Source: Gammaproteobacteria bacterium
GTDB taxonomy: Bacteria > Pseudomonadota > Gammaproteobacteria > GCA-001735895
Length of the DNA: 64,000 bases
Reading direction: 5' to 3'
NCBI GenBank assembly: GCA_020354435.1
Contig: CP070646.1
Span: 3,379,818-3,443,817 of the forward strand
A model generated the notes under the pieces. It was not told the origin of the DNA, searched no databases, and saw only the letters and a program-made list of their open reading frames with translations. Positions within the stretch are counted from its first letter, which is position 1; each line of letters starts with the position of its first letter. Of this stretch, positions 30,063 to 39,045 are shown piece after piece. The position numbers were made by a program, and so were the translations under genes.

Positions 30063-30598
30063 GCAGGGAACAGGCAAATACGGTTCCCCGTTCGCAACTG
30101 GCCAAGATTATTCTGGTGCCGATTCTGATGTTTGGATTCGGTTTTGCGCTGATACCGCTGTATGACGTTTTTTGTGATATTACCGGGCAGAATGGAAAAA
30201 CCGGTCGCATCGAGGCTTCCGCTATTGATGAAAGTGGCGTAGATACCTCGCGCACCATCGAGGTGCGCTTCCTGGCGCAAACCAATACCGGTTTGCCGTG
30301 GAGTTTCGAACCGGTGGTGAAAACCATGCAGGTGCATCCGGGGCAGGTTTACGAGGCCCACTACCGGGTACGCAGCAGCAGCAAGGATAAAACCCATGGG
30401 CAGGCGGTGCCGAGCGTATCGCCGGGGCTGGCGGCGCAGCATTTCAACAAAACGGAATGCTTTTGCTTCACCAGGCAGGAACTGAACGCATTTGAAACGC
30501 GCGATATGCCGCTGCGATTTATTGTCGGCAAGGACATCGCGGAAGAAATTAAAGAGATAACCCTGTCCTATACTTTTTTCAGTCTGGACCAGGGATAA
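30059..30598 (+). CDS. ctaG: Cytochrome c oxidase assembly protein CtaG/Cox11
   Basis: 179-aa ORF with an N-terminal TM helix and the copper-binding CFCF motif (ECFCFTRQ). Confidence 0.9.
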   Translation: MSREQANTVPRSQLAKIILVPILMFGFGFALIPLYDVFCDITGQNGKTGRIEASAIDESGVDTSRTIEVRFLAQTNTGLPWSFEPVVKTMQVHPGQVYEAHYRVRSSSKDKTHGQAVPSVSPGLAAQHFNKTECFCFTRQELNAFETRDMPLRFIVGKDIAEEIKEITLSYTFFSLDQG

Positions 30599-30638
30599 GA
30601 GATTTCAATTTATTGGGAATTAAAAAGAGAGACGTTCC

Positions 30639-31514
30639 ATGAGTAGTACTAGTAATCAAGACTATTATGTACCGCATGGCACCAACTGGCCGATCATCGG
30701 TTCGATTGGACTGACCCTGACGGTAGTTGGCGTGGCCAACTTTCTGCACGATACCTGGAGCGCGACTCCGATATTCGTCGGCCTTGCGATCGTCATTTTC
30801 ATGATGTTCGGATGGTTCGGGCAGGTTATCGACGAATCGCTGAAAGGCATGTACAACCCTCAGGTCGACATGTCGTTTCGCTGGGGCATGGGCTGGTTCA
30901 TCTTTTCCGAGGTCATGTTCTTCGGGGCATTTTTCGGCGCCCTGTTTTACGCGCGTCAGTACTCGATACCGTGGCTTGATGGTGCTTCCAACAACGCCGC
31001 TACGGCTGAACTGCTGTGGCCCGATTTCGAGGCTTCCTGGCCGCTGCTGAGCGTACCGCTGGCGGAAAAATTCGAAGAAGCCAAGCAAGCCATGGGTGCC
31101 TGGGGGCTGCCGGCGCTGAATACCGCTATTCTGTTGACCTCCGGCTGGACCGTAACCCTGGCGCACTGGGCGCTCAAGCGTAAGGACAATACCTGGCTGG
31201 TGTACTGGCTGTTTGCGACCGTCGCCCTCGGTTTCGGCTTCGTTTTCCTGCAGGGTGTCGAGTATGTGCATGCTTACGTGGATCTGAACCTGCGCCTCGA
31301 TTCCGGTATTTATGGCAGCACCTTTTTCATGCTGACCGGGTTCCATGGTCTGCACGTGACCATGGGTGCGACCATGCTGTTGATCATCATGATTCGTGCT
31401 GCCAAGGGTCACTTCAGCCCTGAAAACCACTTCGCTTTCGAAGCGGTCGCCTGGTACTGGCACTTCGTGGATGTGGTCTGGCTCGGACTATTCATCTTCG
31501 TCTACTGGCTCTGA
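30639..31514 (+). CDS. coxC: Cytochrome c oxidase subunit III
   Basis: 291-aa seven-helix protein with the GFHGLHV motif and the C-terminal WYWHFVDVVW. Confidence 0.9.
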   Translation: MSSTSNQDYYVPHGTNWPIIGSIGLTLTVVGVANFLHDTWSATPIFVGLAIVIFMMFGWFGQVIDESLKGMYNPQVDMSFRWGMGWFIFSEVMFFGAFFGALFYARQYSIPWLDGASNNAATAELLWPDFEASWPLLSVPLAEKFEEAKQAMGAWGLPALNTAILLTSGWTVTLAHWALKRKDNTWLVYWLFATVALGFGFVFLQGVEYVHAYVDLNLRLDSGIYGSTFFMLTGFHGLHVTMGATMLLIIMIRAAKGHFSPENHFAFEAVAWYWHFVDVVWLGLFIFVYWL

Positions 31515-31520
31515 CCTGCT

Positions 31521-31627
31521 GCGCGACGCAATAGCTGCGTTATTTTTTCCGGCGAACCGCTCACGTACAATCTGTACTGTTCGCGGTATCGCCGAAAAAA
31601 ATGCCTTGCTCTTGCGTCGCTCGCGAC
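31521..31627. repeat. Nested palindrome after coxC
   Basis: Outer arms GCGACGCAA (31523-31531) / TTGCGTCGC (31612-31620). Inner arms TTTTTTCCGGCGAACCGC / GCGGTATCGCCGAAAAAAA (31543-31601). Confidence 0.4.
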
Positions 31628-31660
31628 GGTCAGGGAATTTTGTTCCTGATTAATTAACAG

Positions 31661-31687
31661 GCCCGGCTCATGCCGGGCTTTTTTTAT
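31661..31687 (+). terminator. Rho-independent terminator of the cox operon
   Basis: GCCCGGC-TCAT-GCCGGGC followed by TTTTTTT. Confidence 0.75.
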
Positions 31688-31694
31688 GCCGGGT

Positions 31695-33533
31695 TCAGGC
31701 GGTATTTTTTGCAGTCCTGGATTTGTCGTGATCCGGCCACGCGGTCAGCAGATTTTCGAAATCGGCCAGCGGCAGCGGGCGCGAATAAAGGTAACCCTGG
31801 GCGAAATCGCAGCCGAAATCCTTTAACAGTCTTTCCTGGTTTTCGGTTTCGACGCCTTCGGCGACAATTTGGATGCCCATCTTTTTCGCCATCGCGATTA
31901 TTGCGTCGCACAGCGCGAGATCGTTTTGATCGTGGTCGAGGTTGCGCACGAAGGACTGGTCGATCTTGAGGTAGTCGATGTCAAAACGTTTCAGATTGGG
32001 TATCGACGAGTAACCGGTACCGAAATCGTCGATCGAAATCTGGATTTCGGCTTCGTTGAAGTCGAGCAGGCGGTTGGTGATCTTGTCGCGCGCGTCCATC
32101 AATAGCCCCTCGGTTACTTCGATGCAGATGGCGTGGCCGCTGATGTCTTTCTTTCGCAGGTGCTCGAACCACTGGCTCATGGCGGCGGCTTCGTCGATCC
32201 ACTGTTTCGCCGATGTATTGATGCTGACCTGAAAATCGTTATCGTACAGCTCACGCCAGCGAATGGCCTGCTCGATGGCGTGGTAAAAAACCCAGTTGCC
32301 GATTTCGGCAATGAGTCCGGTTTCCTCGGCAATCGGTTTAAACACGGTCGGGCTTATCAGGCCGGCCTCCGGGTGATGCCAGCGTAACAGGGCCTCGGCC
32401 TTTTGCAGCTTGCCGGACTGCAGGTTGACGATAGGTTGGTAGTAGATCTCCAGTTCGTCGCGGTCGATTGCCTTGCGCAGCTCGCCGATCATCTTGCGCT
32501 TGCGTAGCGCGCGTTGCTGTAACTCGGGCTTGAAGAATATATAACGGTTGCTGCCCTCGGCCTTGGCCGCGTACATCGACTGCTCGGCGCTGCGCTGCAG
32601 CCCTTCGGTATTCTTTGAATCCTGGGGGTAAAAGGTAACGCCGATGCTCGCAGTCAGAAACACCTTTTCGTTGTCGAGCTGATACGGGCGCGACAGGCTG
32701 TCGAGCAACTCCTGGCAGATTGGCTGGACCGCTAGCTGGTCATCGATATTACCGAGAATGATCGCGAACTCGTCTCCGCTCAGGCGCGAAACCGTATCGA
32801 TTTCGCGTACGACTTTCTGCAGGCGTTTCGATATTTCAACCAGCAGCTGATCACCCATGACAAGGCCCAATGAATCGTTGACGTCCTTGAAACGGTCCAG
32901 GTCGAGATACATCAGCGCCAGCGACTGGTTGCTGCGATCGCAGGAGCGAATTTCATGCTCGAGATTCTGCAGGAACAGGTTGCGGTTCGGCAGGCCGGTC
33001 AGCGAGTCGAAGTTGGCCTGGTTCCAGATAACCGTTTCTGCATGTTTACGTTCGGAGATATCACGAATATAGGCGCTGAATTCCTGCAGGTCGGGCGAAT
33101 CGATGACCGACACCGAAATCTCGACCGGGAACTCGTGGCCATCGCGGTGCAGTGCATGAATCTCGATTACATTGTCCATGACCGAGGTTTCCCCGTTCTC
33201 CAGGAATCGCTTCATGCCCTGCTCGTGGGCGGCGCGGTATCGCGGCGGAATAATCGTGTCGACGACTTTTTTATCGGCAATTTCCTCGGTGCTCCAGCCG
33301 AAGATTTTCTCCGCCTGTTCGTTCCAGCCGGTAATGTGGCCATCGAAATCCATTTGCACCAGAGCATCGATCGACGACCCGAAAAAGGCCTCGAGCTTGA
33401 CGTGTTGCGCCAGGATGATTTCCTTTTTTTGCCGCAGATCGGTTTCCAGCGCCTTGACCCTGGCTTCGAGCAGGGCCTTATCGTCGATCTCGTCTGCGGG
33501 CGAATCGCTGTCCGGCATACTTGATAAATTCAA
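31695..33533 (-). CDS. PAS-GGDEF-EAL c-di-GMP signalling protein
   Basis: 612-aa ORF with a PAS region, an RxxD I-site (REID) five residues before SGDEF, and EAL-domain motifs EALLRW, DDFGTGYSS, KIDQSF and EGVET. Confidence 0.9.
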   Translation of the reverse strand: MNLSSMPDSDSPADEIDDKALLEARVKALETDLRQKKEIILAQHVKLEAFFGSSIDALVQMDFDGHITGWNEQAEKIFGWSTEEIADKKVVDTIIPPRYRAAHEQGMKRFLENGETSVMDNVIEIHALHRDGHEFPVEISVSVIDSPDLQEFSAYIRDISERKHAETVIWNQANFDSLTGLPNRNLFLQNLEHEIRSCDRSNQSLALMYLDLDRFKDVNDSLGLVMGDQLLVEISKRLQKVVREIDTVSRLSGDEFAIILGNIDDQLAVQPICQELLDSLSRPYQLDNEKVFLTASIGVTFYPQDSKNTEGLQRSAEQSMYAAKAEGSNRYIFFKPELQQRALRKRKMIGELRKAIDRDELEIYYQPIVNLQSGKLQKAEALLRWHHPEAGLISPTVFKPIAEETGLIAEIGNWVFYHAIEQAIRWRELYDNDFQVSINTSAKQWIDEAAAMSQWFEHLRKKDISGHAICIEVTEGLLMDARDKITNRLLDFNEAEIQISIDDFGTGYSSIPNLKRFDIDYLKIDQSFVRNLDHDQNDLALCDAIIAMAKKMGIQIVAEGVETENQERLLKDFGCDFAQGYLYSRPLPLADFENLLTAWPDHDKSRTAKNTA

Positions 33534-33578
33534 TGACTGATTCGATTGAGTATAGTATTTCTACGGGAATAACCGGCA

Positions 33579-33602
33579 CAAAAAAGCCCGGCAATGCCGG
33601 GC
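33579..33602 (-). terminator. Rho-independent terminator after rpoH
   Basis: GCCCGGC-ATT-GCCGGGC followed by TTTTTTGTG on the minus strand. Confidence 0.65.
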
Positions 33603-33628
33603 TTTAAATTTACAGGGCTGGAATCCTG

Positions 33629-34495
33629 TCAATTGGCAAACGATGATTTCATCGTTTTGAATGCATTGCTTTCGATCTGGCGAATGCGCTCGGCCGATAC
33701 GCCGTACTCGTCCGCCAGTTCGTGCAGCGTCGCCTTGGGTTCGGTAAGCCAGCGGCGCGTGACGATTGCCTTGCTGCGTTCGTCGAGATTCTCGATGGCG
33801 GCGCCGAGCATTTGCATATTGTTCTGCTCGGTGTCCTGCGCTTCGAGCAGCAGTTCCGGCGAAGGCGTATTCGACGCCAGCGAGTTGGCCGGTGCCAGGT
33901 AGGCCGAATCCTCGTCTTCATCGCCGGACAAATCAAAGGCGATGTCGTAATTATTCAGACGGTTTTCCATTTCGATCACGTTTTCGCGAGTCACTCCGAG
34001 GGTTTCGGCGACGTGATCGATTTCTTCCGACTTGAACCAGCCAAGGCGGGTTTTCTGGCTGCGCAGTTTGAAGAACAGCTTGCGTTGCGCCTTGGTCGTG
34101 GCGACCTTGACGATGCGCCAGTTTTTCAGGATGTACTCGTGAATTTCTGCCTTGATCCAGTGCACCGCGAAGGAAACCAGGCGCACACCGACATCCGGAT
34201 TAAAGCGCTTTACCGCTTTCATCAGGCCAATGCTGCCTTCCTGGATCAGGTCTGCGATCGGCAAACCATAGCCGGCATAATTATTGGCAATCTTGATGAC
34301 AAACCGCAGATGTGGCAGAACCAGCTTCTGGGCCGATTCGATGTTGCCGGTTTCCTGTAAATCCTTTGCCAGTGAATACTCTTCTTCAGCGCTCAATACA
34401 GGCACGCTCCTGGCGGCCTGAATATAGGCTTCCAGGTTAGAGCTGCCCACTAATGCAGGCATGGAATTACTTGTATTGACCAGTTCTGTGCTCAT
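33629..34495 (-). CDS. rpoH: Heat-shock sigma factor sigma-32
   Basis: 288-aa sigma-70 family protein containing the RpoH box QRKLFFKLR. Confidence 0.95.
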   Translation of the reverse strand: MSTELVNTSNSMPALVGSSNLEAYIQAARSVPVLSAEEEYSLAKDLQETGNIESAQKLVLPHLRFVIKIANNYAGYGLPIADLIQEGSIGLMKAVKRFNPDVGVRLVSFAVHWIKAEIHEYILKNWRIVKVATTKAQRKLFFKLRSQKTRLGWFKSEEIDHVAETLGVTRENVIEMENRLNNYDIAFDLSGDEDEDSAYLAPANSLASNTPSPELLLEAQDTEQNNMQMLGAAIENLDERSKAIVTRRWLTEPKATLHELADEYGVSAERIRQIESNAFKTMKSSFAN

Positions 34496-34520
34496 AAATA
34501 TCCTCGATTTCGTTTATTTT

Positions 34521-34545
34521 TAGCACTCATGCTGCTCGAGTGCTA
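34521..34545 (-). promoter_or_regulatory. Stem-loop in the rpoH 5' leader
   Basis: TAGCACTC-N9-GAGTGCTA, 26 nt upstream of the rpoH ATG and just upstream of the GAGGA ribosome-binding site. Confidence 0.4.
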
Positions 34546-34549
34546 GTTA

Positions 34550-34576
34550 TTAGAGCATAAATATCGTTAAAAGTTC
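34550..34576 (-). promoter_or_regulatory. Candidate sigma-E (RpoE/AlgU-type) promoter for rpoH
   Basis: The minus strand reads TGAACTT-N16-TCTAAT. This compares with E. coli rpoH P3 (GAACTT-N16-TCTGAT, quoted from memory). Confidence 0.45.
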
Positions 34577-34902
34577 AAGTGTATTAGCAAATATTAATAT
34601 ACGTGCTAAATGTATGGTTATAAAAGAAAAATTATTTATACATACGGTCAAATCCGATCCCTGGATCAATCCGAATCCACGAATTTCCAGGGGACCGGAT
34701 CAGACGGACTACTGACCAAATTAGACGAAACGCCGTGTCCCGGTCCTGTTATACTGGGATTTCGTAGAGTCAGGCCGACCAGCCCCATTTTTTGCCCCGC
34801 CTTTGCGTACCAGCATCCAGGTTTTCTCGCGGTTCAATCGCGAGCTTGGTGGAATTTCCGAATACTTGCCCCCATAGTCGGGCTTACAGCATGGGAAACA
34901 AC

Positions 34903-35388
34903 ATGACTATTGCAGAGCACAAAGTTGTCACGATTCATTACAAGGTTGTCGATTGCGACAGCGACGAGGTTATCGATTCTTCCGAAAACGGCGAGCCGAT
35001 GACTTATCTGCACGGCGCGCGCAACATTATCCCCGGCCTCGAGCAGGCACTGGAGGGTAAGGCGGTCGGCGATGAATTCGAGGTTACCGTTGAAGCTGCG
35101 GATGCCTATGGTGAACACCACGCGGACCGCGTCCAGCAGGTGCCGATGGCGGCCTTCCAGGGGATGGAGAAAGTGGAGCCTGGCATGGCCGTTACCGCGC
35201 AAACCGATCAGGGGCCGATCAACCTGGTCATTACCGCTGTCAGCGAGGACGAGGTCACGGTTGACGCCAACCATCCGCTGGCCGGCAAGTCACTTAAATT
35301 CAACGTCAGTGTCGAAGAGATACGCGACGCCAGCGAAGAAGAGGTGGAGCACGGGCACGTGCACGGGCCAGGCGGTCACGACCACTAG
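34903..35388 (+). CDS. slyD: FKBP-type peptidyl-prolyl isomerase SlyD
   Basis: Collinear with SlyD (YLHG...GLEQALEG...DAYGE...NHPLAGKSLKFNV) and has a His-rich tail, HGHVHGPGGHDH. An alternative start lies at 34891. Confidence 0.85.
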   Translation: MTIAEHKVVTIHYKVVDCDSDEVIDSSENGEPMTYLHGARNIIPGLEQALEGKAVGDEFEVTVEAADAYGEHHADRVQQVPMAAFQGMEKVEPGMAVTAQTDQGPINLVITAVSEDEVTVDANHPLAGKSLKFNVSVEEIRDASEEEVEHGHVHGPGGHDH

Positions 35389-35431
35389 CTCGCGGCAGGC
35401 GAGTGTCCGGATCGGCAAGCAGGGTGATAGT

Positions 35432-36259
35432 TCAGGGATTGAGCGCTTCGCTTTGACGCTTGATATTGACCAGGGTTTGCAGACGTGCGAGCAAATCGTC
35501 CTCGTCGACCGGCTTGGTAATGAAGTCGTTGGTGCCGGCACCAAAAATCGCGGTGAAATCGGTACGCTCATCTTCTCCCGGCTCGATCGTCATCAACAGG
35601 ATCGGCAGGGTTAGATAATCGAGCTCGAGTTCGTTACGCACGGTCTGGATCAATTCGTAGCCGTTCATCTTGCCGGTTAGCATCAGGTCGGTAATCATGA
35701 CGTCGTAACTGCAGTCACCGTCGTTGGCGATATCCTGTTTCAGGCAATCGAGGGCTTCGGCCGCGTCTCGAAAATGTACGAATTCGATATCGCTTTTGTC
35801 CAGTATACCGGTGGTGATCGCGGTCGAGGTTGCGCTCTTGTCGACGTAGAGAACTTTTACCGGCAGCTCGTTATGGGTGCCGAGAAAGTTGAGGATGAAG
35901 TTTACCAGTGATTTATGACCTTCAGCCTTGTCAAAGTAAGCGGTAACTGCATCCGTGTCCTCCAGGCCTGCACCCATGACGCGCGTCTCGGTATCGCCCG
36001 AGACCACGAAAATTGCCGTGTCCTTATTCTTCGGAGTTTGGCGGATTTCTTCGATGAGCTGGTAACCATCGGTGTCTGGCAGGGTAATGCCGGTGGTGAT
36101 GATTTCGAACTCGAAACGTTTTACCGCGGTCATGGCTTCCTTGCCGCTGCCACAGGCAATGATATCGAGATCGGGCGCACGGCTGGATAACTCCTTGAAA
36201 AGGATGGTGCGTGCCGAGTCTGAAGAATCAATTAATAGTAACCGGCGTTTTCCAGGCAT
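35432..36259 (-). CDS. Stand-alone protein with two receiver (REC) domains and no output domain
   Basis: Two CheY-like units. REC1 has G in place of the phospho-acceptor Asp (EIITTGITLPDTDG). REC2 keeps it (DVMITDLMLTGKMNG) but has DK instead of the acidic pair. Confidence 0.8.
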   Translation of the reverse strand: MPGKRRLLLIDSSDSARTILFKELSSRAPDLDIIACGSGKEAMTAVKRFEFEIITTGITLPDTDGYQLIEEIRQTPKNKDTAIFVVSGDTETRVMGAGLEDTDAVTAYFDKAEGHKSLVNFILNFLGTHNELPVKVLYVDKSATSTAITTGILDKSDIEFVHFRDAAEALDCLKQDIANDGDCSYDVMITDLMLTGKMNGYELIQTVRNELELDYLTLPILLMTIEPGEDERTDFTAIFGAGTNDFITKPVDEDDLLARLQTLVNIKRQSEALNP

Positions 36260-36335
36260 CTGTTGCTTTTTCAGGTTGATTTCTTGAGTTATGGCTGAAC
36301 TGATTATAGCCGACGATTGCGCGCTGTGTGGTTTA

Positions 36336-37292
36336 TCAGCTCGGTTCTATCTGACGCAGGTGCCGCGCGACGGCGATCCACGAGCCTGCAAGCCCAAGCA
36401 GTGTGCTGGAGGTAATAAGAACCACGAAATCCTGGAAGGAAAAGGTTATCAGGGTCATTTCCGACTGGTATAAAAGGTTCAGGCGTTGCAGTGGTCCCGA
36501 GATTGCGAGGTAGCCCAGCTCGACGATTAGCCAGGAAATAATGCCTCCGAGCAGCCCGTACCAGACGCCGCCGTAGAGGAAGGGGCGGCGGATGAAGGCG
36601 TCGGTTGCGCCGATCAGTTTGGTGACGATGATTTCCTGGTAACGGTTCTGGATATCGAGACGGATGGTGTTACCGATGATCAGCAGCACTGCACAGGCAA
36701 ACAATATGGTGACAATCATAACCGATCGTTTGGCAATTTCGACAATCGTGTACAGTCTTTCCAGCCACTCGGTGTCGAGCTTGGCGATTTCCACCTCCGG
36801 CATGGCCTGCAGGCTGCCCAGCAGGTTGCGTACGGTGAAGGTATCTGCTTCGACCGGTTCGACGATAATGGTATGCGGCAGGGGATTGCTGGAGAGCGTA
36901 TCGATACTTTTACCAAAGCCCGAGTTTTGCCTGAATTCCTCGAGCGATTGCTCGCGGGAAATAAACCGGGTCGACTCGACCTGGGCCATGGCCGCGATAT
37001 CCTTGTTCAGCGCACGGGCGCGTTTTTCGTCTATATCGAGGTCCAGGTACAGGCTGATTTGCGAACTCGAGCGAAAATCGCCTGACATCGCGTCGATGTT
37101 TTTCAAAAACAGGTAAAACCCGCCTGGCAACGACAGCGTGATACCGATGACCGCGACCGTCATAATCGTCGTCGCCGGTGACTGGTAAATCTTGCCGAGG
37201 CTGAACACCAGCGATTGCAGGTGGTGCGAAAAATAGGCCGAAATGCGATTGGAGGCGGCCGGTTTAAAGCGCCGAATATTGCTACCAGCCAC
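36336..37292 (-). CDS. ftsX: Cell division ABC transporter permease FtsX
   Basis: 318-aa ORF with four TM segments and a large periplasmic loop. It overlaps ftsE by 11 nt. Confidence 0.9.
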   Translation of the reverse strand: MAGSNIRRFKPAASNRISAYFSHHLQSLVFSLGKIYQSPATTIMTVAVIGITLSLPGGFYLFLKNIDAMSGDFRSSSQISLYLDLDIDEKRARALNKDIAAMAQVESTRFISREQSLEEFRQNSGFGKSIDTLSSNPLPHTIIVEPVEADTFTVRNLLGSLQAMPEVEIAKLDTEWLERLYTIVEIAKRSVMIVTILFACAVLLIIGNTIRLDIQNRYQEIIVTKLIGATDAFIRRPFLYGGVWYGLLGGIISWLIVELGYLAISGPLQRLNLLYQSEMTLITFSFQDFVVLITSSTLLGLAGSWIAVARHLRQIEPS

Positions 37293-37977
37293 GCTCGTCC
37301 TCCTGCTGTTCCCCTTCCAGGTCGTTCAGAACCAGCTGGCCACGGTTAAGCGTCAGGCGGGGTTTATCCAGCTCCTCTATCAGGCCCAGGTCGTGGCTGG
37401 CGACCAGCACGGTGACGCCTACCTGGTTGAATTCGACAAATATCTGCATGATTTCGCGCGACAGCACCGGGTCGAGGTTGCCGGTCGGCTCGTCGGCCAG
37501 CAGCAGCATCGGCTTGTGCACGACTGCCCGCGCGATACCGACCCGCTGCTGCTCGCCGCCCGAAAGCGTAATCGGCATTGATTTTTCCTTGTGCAGCAGG
37601 CCGACCTTGTCGAGCGCGGCGCGTGTGCGCTTGGCTACTTCCTGTGGCCGAAAACCCTGTATCTGTAACGGTAGGGCGACATTGTCGAATACCGGCCGGT
37701 CGAACAGCAACTGGTGATCCTGGAAGATAATGCCGATATTCCGTCTGATATAGGGAATGCGGTGCCGCGATACCGTGTTCAGGTTAATGCGGTTCAACAG
37801 CGCCTGGCCGCGGGTGGGTTTTTCGATCAATGCGATGATTTTCAGCAGCGTGCTCTTACCCGCGCCCGAGTGCCCGGTGAGAAACGCCATGTCGCCGTCA
37901 CCGAGATTCAGTGAAACATTGGTCAGGGCCTCATAGCCGCCTTCGTAACGCTTGGTTACGTTATGGAACTCGATCAT
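37282..37977 (-). CDS. ftsE: Cell division ATP-binding protein FtsE
   Basis: Walker A GHSGAGKST, signature LSGGEQQR and Walker B LLLADEPT. Confidence 0.95.
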   Translation of the reverse strand: MIEFHNVTKRYEGGYEALTNVSLNLGDGDMAFLTGHSGAGKSTLLKIIALIEKPTRGQALLNRINLNTVSRHRIPYIRRNIGIIFQDHQLLFDRPVFDNVALPLQIQGFRPQEVAKRTRAALDKVGLLHKEKSMPITLSGGEQQRVGIARAVVHKPMLLLADEPTGNLDPVLSREIMQIFVEFNQVGVTVLVASHDLGLIEELDKPRLTLNRGQLVLNDLEGEQQEDERGW

Positions 37978-37992
37978 GGGCGTAATACAGGC

Positions 37993-38976
37993 TCAGGTCT
38001 CGGCCAGCAGGGCATCGACAAATTCCTCGTTATCGAATGGCCGTAAGTCCTCGACCGATTCGCCGACTCCGATGAATCGAATCGGGGTTTGCAGCTGTTC
38101 GGCCACGTTAAAAATCATGCCGCCCTTGGCGGTACCATCGAGCTTGGTCAGGACAATGCCCGATATGCCGATAGCGTCGCGGAAATTGCTTGCCTGGGCC
38201 AGCGCATTCTGCCCGGTTACCGCGTCGAGCACCAGCAGGGTCTCCTGCGGCGCATCGGCGTCCAGCTTCGCCATCACGCGCTTGATTTTTTCCAGTTCGT
38301 CCATCAAATTGATCTGCGTATGCAAACGCCCGGCGGTATCGGCGATGAGGACGTCTATGCCGCGCGCCTGGGCTGACTGCAGTGCGTCGAAGATCACCGA
38401 TGCGGAATCGGCCCCCTGGCCCTGCTTGATTACCGGAATCTCGAGCCGGTCACCCCAGCTCTGCAGCTGCTCGACCGCGGCGGCGCGAAAGGTATCGCCG
38501 GCGGCCAGCATGACCTTGAGTCCCTGGTTTTTGTAGCGTTGCGCGAGCTTTCCGACCGTCGTGGTTTTGCCAGCGCCATTGACGCCTACCATCAGGATCA
38601 CGAAAGGCTTTTTCGCGGGATCGATAACAAGCGGTACTGCGCAGGGCTCGAGTATACCGGCCATGGTTCTTTTTAACGCGTCATACAGCGAATCACTGTC
38701 TCCGAGCTGGCTGCGCTGTAGCGATTCAGTCAGCCGGCTGGTGATTTTCTGGGTAGCCTGGATACCGACGTCGGCCATGACCAACTGCTCTTCGAGCTGC
38801 TCGAGGATATCGTCATCGATCTGCTTCTTTCCCAGCAGCAAATTGGCCAGTCCGCCAGTCAGGCTTTCCCTGGTTTTCGACAGGCGCTGACGCAGCGACG
38901 CAAACAGCCCTGAGGGCTTTTGCGGCTCGTCTTTGGCGGCAGATTTAAATCCGAACATCGTTTTTCCGGGTAGCAA
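37993..38976 (-). CDS. ftsY: Signal recognition particle receptor FtsY
   Basis: NG domain with GVNGAGKTTT, DTAGR and TKLDG motifs. The start may be the Met at 38958. Confidence 0.95.
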   Translation of the reverse strand: MLPGKTMFGFKSAAKDEPQKPSGLFASLRQRLSKTRESLTGGLANLLLGKKQIDDDILEQLEEQLVMADVGIQATQKITSRLTESLQRSQLGDSDSLYDALKRTMAGILEPCAVPLVIDPAKKPFVILMVGVNGAGKTTTVGKLAQRYKNQGLKVMLAAGDTFRAAAVEQLQSWGDRLEIPVIKQGQGADSASVIFDALQSAQARGIDVLIADTAGRLHTQINLMDELEKIKRVMAKLDADAPQETLLVLDAVTGQNALAQASNFRDAIGISGIVLTKLDGTAKGGMIFNVAEQLQTPIRFIGVGESVEDLRPFDNEEFVDALLAET

Positions 38977-39045
38977 AATTCAGGCACAATATGCTAACAG
39001 AAAGCGATTCCTTCTGTGCACCTGAAACCCACTTAAAACATCAAT

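Noticed and set aside
34610-34906. 98-aa ORF in the rpoH/slyD divergent region
   Set aside because: It starts in the AT-rich promoter DNA without an RBS, runs across the likely slyD promoter into the slyD start, and has no recognisable domain. I treat it as non-coding.
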